Source: Eledone cirrhosa (lineage: Eukaryota). From it: 64,000 nucleotides of DNA. The position numbers and the translations under genes were made by a program. This document shows positions 11,735 to 20,500 of the stretch, one piece after another. Location of the stretch: contig OZ024740.1 in assembly GCA_964016885.1 (NCBI GenBank), positions 421,972,001 through 422,036,000 of the forward strand. Reading direction: 5' to 3'. A model generated the notes under the pieces. The model did no database searches. It was not told the origin of the DNA and saw nothing but the letters and a program-made list of their open reading frames with translations. How positions within the stretch are numbered: the stretch's first letter is position 1; each line of letters begins with the position of its first letter.

Positions 11735-11855
11735 TGCAGTCGATTATATTGTTACCAAATCAAGGTAACCTAGACAGAATTTGAACTCAGAACATAAAGG
11801 GACGTAATAAAATACTGCAAGGTATCAGGTACAGTGCACTACCGAGTTTGCCATA
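11735..11855 (-). mobile_element. Degenerate SINE head, related to the 7143/17443/32147 family
   Basis: GAATTTGAACTCAGAACATAAAGGGACGTAA resembles GGATTTGAACTCAGACCGTAAAGGGACGTAA at ~32245. Confidence 0.55.
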
Positions 11856-12542
11856 TCTCTGACTTAAACAACATGGCATAAGGTTCACACGGAAGGGTGA
11901 ATGGAATATTTTTTGAATATTTTAACGTCCATACTTTTTTCTCATGGGCTTCATGTGATATTACTAAGGTGGAATAGCTATAACTGGGAATCGAAATCGA
12001 ATTGTGAACAATAATTGGAATGAATTGTATATAGATAGATAACGGCGAAAAGTAATTATCGTTTAGCTATCACAATGAGCTTGTTTTGTTTTTCCTAAAG
12101 ACATTCGCAGAATATATATAGCAAATCAATGCAAGTAGGAATCGAAACCGGGTCACCGAAAATAAAATAATTAGTACACCGAAAAGATATTTATATATGA
12201 TACTTTTTTTAAAAATAGTTTATATGACTGGTTAGTTAATTGGTAATTTTATAAAGTAGATAAATGAAGGGTAAGTATTCTTTCTGATTAAATAATAAAC
12301 AGCGGACTAAGAGGAAATTATGGTGTGTAACGAAGCATGATCGGCTGTGTGATTAAGAGAGAAAGAAGAATGTAGTGAGACAGTGGACAGAACAGATAAT
12401 AAATAATAAGTTTTATTGTGTAGATAGGAAGACCGGTAGTGGAAGACTTGCAATAGGATATGAGGGTTAATGTAATACGGGAAAGTGCTGAAAATACCAG
12501 TAACAAAGACATTAAAACAGATGTTATAGGATAGTTAATGCT

Positions 12543-12576
<34 letters not shown>

Positions 12577-12655
12577 GTTGACGGCTGAGAGAATAGAGTA
12601 CTCAATACTGAAATATAGTTTTAATATTTTTTTTATTATGGCTAAAAATAGTGAG

Positions 12656-12703
12656 TCTTGTTACTCTGGAGTTCCGCTTGTTCACCAGAGTGTCATCAGA
12701 CAA

Positions 12704-12705
<2 letters not shown>
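12656..12705 (-). ncRNA. Minimal type I hammerhead ribozyme (family A), GAAA mutated to GGAA
   Basis: Minus strand: UCUUGU CUGAUGA [CACUCUGGUGAACAAGC] GGAA CUC CA GAG UA ACAAGA. Stem I is a perfect 6 bp. Confidence 0.7.
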
Positions 12706-12767
<62 letters not shown>

Positions 12768-14324
12768 AAAGAAAAAGATATGAAAACAATGTTTCGTAAC
12801 AAAAAATAAAATATTAGACTTGCTTTTCTATATATATATATAGATATTTTTTTTAAATAACAAAGGTGACAGTGACTTCAAAGTTTCAGCTTTAAGCTGG
12901 AAAATAACTTTGCTCTGTATGTATTGAGTGCTCGGTTCTATGCAACTCATATTTATACATACACAACTGAATAAAACACATGCTCTTTTATGTATATATA
13001 TCCAAGCCTGAACCAATAACTGTATAAAATTGCCTCCTGTGTTATATAACTACCGGCCGAAATACGATTCTCGCTGAATTTATATTTATATATATATATT
13101 CATCTATATTCTATATATAGACGGATATATATTCGACCGAGGATATGACTGATGAATATTATACCACTGGACGGTGTATATATATTTATATATATATATT
13201 ATTTATATACAGGGCTAAATATATATAATTAGAAAATGTTCACTGTCGATGTCCCAAACTTTAACATGAAGTGAAATAACTGGAAGTTTGCTATTTCTTT
13301 CTTTTCTTTTATTAAAATCTTGAAATGATATTGATTGATAAAATAAATATTTATTAAGGCTAATAAAAATAAAAACGAGCAAATCCTGTGATTAATCTAG
13401 TTAGTAATTTAAATGGGATAATTATATCTGAGAAGCTGCTATCATTAGTGTAAGTGGAAGAAGCCATGGGGAACTAGAAATAGCGCCTAAACTCAAAAGA
13501 AAGACAAATAACCGACTGTGATTAATTATTACTATTTTAAAGTGATGGTAGGGGTGATTGGTTTAACAATAAATATATATATTACTTTTAACACTTCGAT
13601 TAAACCTAAAAAGAATATTTGTTGATAGAGATGAGGTGGGGAGATTTGGTTATATGAAGAACTATTATTAATATCATTATTAGTAGTAGTGGTGGTGTTG
13701 ATTCTTTCGGCGCCGATCCAAGAGATCGATGCTAATCGGATTTAAAAAGGGGAAATTCTTTCTTACCCGAGGCCCACATCTGTTTTTAAGAGATCTAGTC
13801 AATGTAACAGCAACATGACGAACGACAATGGATCACACATACACACAGTTAGTATCTTCGAAAGGGCGCCATTACCCACAACGCCCCCTATCGACCAATA
13901 GTAACGACGGCGACGTGTTTTGGCCTTATTCTTCCTCCTCTTCGTTTCATCCATCTCTCTATCTGGCTTTCTTCTTTTTTCAACATCTTAAGCTGACATG
14001 CGCTTCGTTTTTTTAACAAAACACATGCTTTATTTCACTCTAAAACGATTTCGATATATTTACACATTGTAAACAGATAAAAATAAAAGTATATAAATAT
14101 CAACCAAAGTTTGTTTTAAAATGCATTGAACAATATATTTGTGTTATTTACTTTCTGAAAGAATTGTGAACAATTTGTAATATTATTTATACAACTGAAT
14201 AAAATGTATATATCTATATCTATCTATCTATATATATATATTTGTAAACATAAAAATATCAACCAAAAATTGTTTTAAAATGCATGGACATATATTTGTT
14301 ATTATTAAGACTAGAAAGTGATTC

Positions 14325-14370
14325 TTGTTTCTCTGGAGTTTCGCCTGTTTACCTCAGGGTCATCAGACAA
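14325..14370 (-). ncRNA. Minimal type I hammerhead ribozyme (family A), cleavage triplet GUA mutated to GAA
   Basis: Minus strand: UUGU CUGAUGA C CCUG AGGUAAA CAGG C GAAA CUC CA GAG AA ACAA. Confidence 0.7.
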
Positions 14371-14835
14371 CTACATATATTTATATGTAAACACATATAT
14401 ATATTTATTTGTAAACACATAAAAATAAAAGCATATCGATATATTTTTTCCGCCTTGATTGTATATTTTTATAATTAATTGATTATATGTATATATTTCT
14501 ATCTAATCTTATATATTAGAGTCGAAAACCGACATCTAAGCTCTTGTCGTTTCAACAGCAAATACCAAACTCTAAAATTTCCTATCGAAACGGCAAGAGC
14601 TCAGCCGTCGGGCACCAACTCTAATATATTTACACTCTACTATACCAAGTATCAAGTACTCTGATTTAATCCTCATCTATTTAATCTTATATATTTGTTA
14701 TGTGATAATGAAATTATAACTATATTGTCGTCAAACCTATAATATATATATATAAACATTTAAAAAATTATTTTTCAAACTATATATTTAATTTTATGGC
14801 TACGTAGCCTAATATATATATATATATATTGTATA

Positions 14836-15090
14836 TAGGCTACGTAGCCGGTCCCTGCAAAATAGCAAACATGCTTTTGGATCGGCTACGTAGCCTATTA
14901 TATATATATATACATCAATAAATACACCAGGATTTTTTCATTCTGATGATTGAAAGCAAAATTTGTTTGCTTTTAAGAAACCACTGGTAAATGAAATAAT
15001 TGCTTATGTTGTTTATTACATAAATATATATATATATATAAACCTAAAAAGCATGTTTGTCTATTTTTCCGGGACCGGCTACGTAGCCTA
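14836..15090. repeat. ~45-bp imperfect inverted repeat with terminal GGCTACGTAGCC palindromes
   Basis: 14836-14879 versus the reverse complement of 15044-15090. The palindrome also occurs at 14798 and 14884. Confidence 0.8.
14936..14996 (+). ncRNA. Canonical minimal type I hammerhead ribozyme, predicted cleavage after A14989
   Basis: UUUCAUU CUGAUGA UUGAAAGCAAA auuug UUUGCUUUUAA GAAA CC acu GG UA AAUGAAA. Stem I 7 bp, stem II 11 bp (one G-U), short stem III, intact core. Confidence 0.85.
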
Positions 15091-15217
15091 TTCCGGTGGT
15101 TATGCCTTAATAAAATGTATATATATGTGTGTGTGAGTCCCGGGTTCAATCGGCAGTAACCACAGTTAGTAAGGTACTCAGTACATAAGTAGATTGTAAA
15201 CATGAAGTTTAATATAG

Positions 15218-15297
15218 AAATGGCTTCTACGGGACTAGAACTGTTTCATTCAAATGAAATCATTTTTTAATGAAACAGTTCTAATCCTGTAGAAGCC

Positions 15298-15301
<4 letters not shown>
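15218..15301. repeat. 33-bp-arm hairpin whose arms are 3' halves of a hammerhead
   Basis: 15218-15250 versus 15269-15301 with 2 mismatches. Right arm reads GAAA CAG uucuaauc CUG UA GAAGCC. Confidence 0.8.
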
Positions 15302-15336
<35 letters not shown>

Positions 15337-15718
15337 CAAATAAAATGTATTGTTCTTAAAACAATTTCGTTTATCCTGAAATATAAATGTATTTTTTACT
15401 CGCATCAATATCTATATTTACAGTAACCATCTTTTATACACTATAATAATGTTTATATAAACTGTCTATGGTATTAATGTTTGAATGAAAGCAAATGGTA
15501 TTGATTCATAAATATATAGATGTGCGGATGAAATATAATTTTGCGTTAAAGACAACAAATCAACGCCTACTCACACACAGTCTTTTTCTTTTCAGACACC
15601 TTATTGTTGCTCTCACATTTAATCCTGTCCACGCACCATACAACTATCGCTAGTATCAATATATAACATGATTTTATATTAGCATTTTACCTTTTACTAT
15701 TGGGAAATATTTACTGGA

Positions 15719-15759
<41 letters not shown>

Positions 15760-15877
15760 ATTAGCTATCGAACCGGCAAGAGCTCAGCCGTCCGGCTCAT
15801 ATATATCGATGATTTCATACGAATGAAACAGTTGTAGTCCTATAGAAGTCATATATATATATATATATATATATATA

Positions 15878-16245
15878 GTGTCCGAAACATAAGAACCCCT
15901 TTCTTAGTATATCAAGCGTTGAACTAATATAATTCTTGATTGCACTGAGTTGTTTCCGTTTACTTTTTGCACACATACACGCACACATATAGTATGTAGA
16001 TTCCCGAGTTGTGTCGATAGAGGGGTTTAACCACAGTTAAAAAATGTACTCAATACATTGGTAGAGTATGGGCATCTTTATTATATATATATATATTAAA
16101 CCCCTCTATCGACACAACTCGGGAATCTACATACTATATGTGTGCGTGTATGTGTGCAAAAAGTAAACGGAAACAACTCAGTGCAATCAAGAATTATATT
16201 AGTTCAACGCTTGATATACTAAGAAAGGGGTTCTTATGTTTCGGA

Positions 16246-16248
<3 letters not shown>
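15878..16248. repeat. Apparently perfect 153-bp-arm inverted duplication flanked by (TA)n
   Basis: 15878-16030 is the reverse complement of 16096-16248, with a 65-bp spacer. Confidence 0.92.
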
Positions 16249-16309
<61 letters not shown>

Positions 16310-16477
16310 CCTGTCAACTCTCCCCGTCGGACGGGGAGATCTCCCACCCACTTTGGGGTGGGTGAGAGATGTCTTCTCTTGTGAAAATGGGTATAGTATT
16401 TTGCTTCATTATCCCCGTTTGGGGCTACTTTATTCCATGGTACTCCCCATTTGGATTTTTAGAGGTTATCAGGTTTG

Positions 16478-16521
<44 letters not shown>

Positions 16522-16554
16522 AGTGTAATTTACTACACAAAACGAAGGTTATAG

Positions 16555-16777
16555 AGAAAATTGAGGTTGGTAATGGCACATGGAACATATAAGAGACAGA
16601 ACACCCCCTCAAAATTCCTCATTAATTAAACCCAAGACAGGTAAAAACTCCAGATTCTTTCAGTCGGACATGAAACAAATTAATGGAGTTTTTACCTGTC
16701 TTGGGTTTATTTAATGAGGAATTTTGAGGGGGTGTTCTGTCTCTTATATGTTCCATGTGCCATTACCAACCTCAATT

Positions 16778-16781
<4 letters not shown>
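16555..16781. repeat. 98-bp-arm inverted duplication (1 mismatch)
   Basis: 16555-16652 versus 16684-16781, with a 31-bp spacer. Confidence 0.92.
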
Positions 16782-16811
<30 letters not shown>

Positions 16812-16865
16812 CGTTTCTGAATTTGTTTAGCAAGATTCTTTATCTGAAAACGTGTGTTGAAACCG

Positions 16866-17250
16866 ATATTGTTATACTTTGGGAGGGTCATGTTGCCAAT
16901 AAGAAACACACGCACCAGTTGCCTTCACTTCAATTTATTATAGTAAATTTATAAATTTAGGAATTTATAAATTTCCGGTTGGTTGGTTGGTTATATATTG
17001 TCAAAGTTCTTTCGTCACACATTCTGAGAGGCACAAAAATAAAGAAAAGAATCCCCAGTCACTGAAGAGGTCACAGAATGTGTGACGAAAGAACTTTGAC
17101 AATATATAAACAACCATCTGGTTGTGAAACCAACCAACCAACCAACCGGAAATTTATAAATTCCTAAATTTATAAATTTATTATAATAAATTGAAGTGAA
17201 AGCAACTGGTGCGTGTGTTTCTTATTGGCAACATGACCCTTCCAAAGTAT

Positions 17251-17258
<8 letters not shown>
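16866..17258. repeat. ~160/185-bp-arm inverted duplication with a hammerhead at its apex
   Basis: 16866-17026 versus 17074-17258; about 3 substitutions and a ~24-bp indel next to (AACC)n. Confidence 0.9.
17058..17100 (+). ncRNA. Minimal type I hammerhead ribozyme
   Basis: GUCA CUGAAGA G GUCACA gaaug UGUGAC GAAA G aa C UU UGAC. Stem I 4 bp, stem II 6 bp, very short stem III, CUU triplet. Confidence 0.7.
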
Positions 17259-17301
<43 letters not shown>

Positions 17302-17442
17302 TATTGTAGAGTAGTCCTTACTTGGTGGAGAGGTGGGGCGTATATTTCTTACAGACCATTTGGACATTAATACTCTCGATTGCCAAAAACTTTAAATCTA
17401 GTAAAAATAATTGATATTATTATAGAAAAACACTGCAAAAAC

Positions 17443-17575
17443 CCAGTGCATTACTGGTACTTTATTTATCGATCCCGTAAGGATGAAAGGCAAAGTTAAC
17501 CTCAGCGGTATTTGAACTCAGACCGTAAAGGGAGGTACCTCTGTGCTGCAAAGCATGGCGTCCCACCCTCTAGTG
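17443..17575 (-). mobile_element. tRNA-SINE fragment, same family as 7143
   Basis: CCCAGTGCATTACTGGTACTTTATTTATCGATCCCGTAAGGATGAAAGGCAAAGTTAACC...TTTGAACTCAG. Confidence 0.85.
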
Positions 17576-17587
17576 AAGTCATATATT

Positions 17588-20500
17588 CATCGTCATCATG
17601 TTCCCAGAACTGGTGCAGCCAGTCGTTGGGTCCTACACTAGATGTGCCACTGGTACAGCCAGTCGTTGGGTCCTACACTAGATGTGCCACTGGTAGAGCC
17701 ATTCGTTGGGTGCCACGCTAGATGTGCCACTGGTGCAGCCAGTCGTTGGGTGTCACACTAGATGTGCCACTGGTACAGCCAGTCGTTGGGGTCCCACACT
17801 AGATGTGCCACTGGTGCAGCCAGTCGTTGGGGTCCCACACTAGATGTGCCACTGGTGCAGCCATTCGTTGGGTGCCACGCTAGATGTGCCACTGGTACAG
17901 CCAGTCGTTGGGTTCCCAACTAGATGTGCCACTGGTGCAGCCAGTCGTTGGGTCCCACACTAGATGTGCCACTGGTACAGCCAGTCGTTGGGTCCCACAC
18001 TAGATGTGCCACTGGTGCAGCCAGTCGTTGGGTCCCACACTAGATGTGCCACTGGTGCAGCCAGTCGTTGGGTGTCACACTAGATGTGCCACTGGTACAG
18101 CCAGTCGTTGGGTCCCACACTAGATGTGCCACTGGTGCAGCCAGTCGTTGGGTCCCACACTAGATGTGCCACTGGTGCAGCCAGTCGTTGGGTGACACAC
18201 TAGATGTGCCACTGGTACAGCCAGTCGTTGGGTTCCCAACTAGATGTTCCACTGGTGCAGCCAGTCGTTGGGTGTCACACTAGATGTGCCACTGGTACAG
18301 CCAGTCGTTGGGTGCCACACTAGATGTGCCACTGGTGCAGCCAGTCGTAGGGTGTCACACTAGATGTGCCACTGGTGCAGCCAGTAGTTGGGTGTCACAC
18401 TAGATGTGCCACTGGTGCAGCAAGTCGTTGGGTCCCACACTAGATGAACCACTGGTGCAGCCAGTCGTTGGGGTCCCACACTAGATGTGACACTGGTGCA
18501 GCCAGTAGTTGGGTGCCACACTAGATGTGCCACTGGTGCAGCCAGTAGTTGGGTGTCACACTAGATGTGCCACTGGTGCAGCCAGTAGTTGGGTGCCACA
18601 CTAGATATGCCACTGGTGCAGCCAGTAGTTGGGTGTCACACTAGATGTGCCACTGGTGCAGCCAGTAGTTGGGTGTCACACTAGATGTGCCACTGGTGCA
18701 GCAAGTCGTTGGGTCCCACACTAGATGAACCACTGGTGCAGCCAGTCGTTGGGGTCCCACACTAGATGTGCCACTGGTGCAGCCATTCGTTGGGTGTCAC
18801 ACTAGATGTGCCCCTGGTGCAGTCAGTCGTTGGGTGTCACACTAGATGTGCCACTGGTGCAGTCAGTCGCTAGGTGTCACACTAGATGTGCCACTTGTGC
18901 AGCCAGACGTTGGGTGTCACACTAGATGTGCCACTGGTACAGCCAGTCGTTGGGTCCCACACTAGATGTGCCACTGGTGCAGCCAGTCGTTGGGTCCCAC
19001 ACTAGATGTGCCACTGGTGCAGCCAGTCGTTGGGGTCCCACACTAGATGTGCCACTGGTGCAGCCAGTCGTTGGGTCCCACACTAGATGTGCCACTGGTG
19101 CAGCCAGTCGTTGGGGTCCCACACTAGATGTGCCACTGGTGCAGCCAGTCATTGGGTGTCACGCTAGATGTGCCACTGGTGCAACCAGTCATTGGGTGTC
19201 ACGCTAGATGTGCCACTGGTGCAGCCAGTCATTGGGTGTCACACTAGATGTACCACTGGTGCAGCCAGTCATTGGGTGCCACGCTAGATGTGCCACTGGT
19301 GCAGCCAGTTGTTGGGGTGTCACACTAGATGTGCCACTGGTGCAGCCAGTCGTTGGGTGTCACACTAGATGTGCCACTGGTGCAGCCAGTCGTTGGGTCC
19401 CACACTAGATGTGCCACTGGTGCAGCCAGTCGTTGGGTGCCACACTAGATGTGCCACTGGTGCAGCCCGTCGTTGGGTGACACACTAGATGTGCCACTGG
19501 TACAGCCAGTCGTTGGGTTCCCAACTAGATGTGCCACTGGTGCAGCCAGTCGTTGGGTGTCACACTAGATGTGCCACTGGTACAGCCAGTCGTTGGGTTC
19601 CCAACTAGATGTGCCACTGGTGCAGCCAGTCGTTGGGTGACACACTAGATGTGCCACTGGTACAGCCAGTCGTTGGGTTCCCAACTAGATGTGCCACTGG
19701 TGCAGCCAGTCGTTGGGTGACACACTAGATGTGCCACTGGTACAGCCAGTCGTTGGGTTCCCAACTAGATGTGCCACTGGTGCAGCCAGTCGTTGGGTGT
19801 CACACTAGATGTGCCACTGGTACAGCCAGTCGTTGGGTTCCCAACTAGATGTGCCACTGGTGCAGCCAGTCGTTGGGTGTCACACTAGATGTGCCACTGG
19901 TACAGCCAGTCGTTGGGTTCCCAACTAGATGTGCCACTGGTGCAGCCAGTCGTAGGGTGTCACACTAGATGTGCCACTGGTACAGCCAGTCGTTGGGTTC
20001 CCAACTAGATGTGCCACTGGTGCAGCCAGACGTTGGGTGTCACACTAGATGTGCCACTGGTACAGCCAGTCGTTGGGTGCCACACTAGATGTGCCACTGG
20101 TGCAGCCAGTCGTAGGGTGTCACACTAGATGTGCCACTGGTGCAGCCAGTCGTTGGGTGTCACACTAGATGTGCCACTGGTACAGCCAGTCGTTGGGTCC
20201 CACACTAGATGTGCCACTGGTGCAGCCATTCGTTGGGTGTCACACTAGATGTGCCACTGGTGCAGCCAGTCGTTGGGTGTCACACTAGATGTGCCACTGG
20301 TACAGCCAGTCGTTGGGTGCCACACTAGATGTGCCACTGGTGCAGCCAGTCGTAGGGTGTCACACTAGATGTGCCACTGGTGCAGCAAGTCGTTGGGTCC
20401 CACACTAGATGAACCACTGGTGCAGCCAGTCGTTGGGTGTCACACTAGATGTGCCACTGGTGCAGTCAGTCGTTGGGGTCCCACACTAGATGTGCCACTG

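Noticed and set aside
12500-17300. An autonomous Penelope-like element
   Set aside because: No PLE RT or GIY-YIG ORF is present in the window. The PLE assignment of the islands is only an inference from the ribozymes, inversions and TA targets.
12554-17367. ORFs containing YIYIYI or CVCV runs
   Set aside because: Produced by (TA)n and (TG)n microsatellites.
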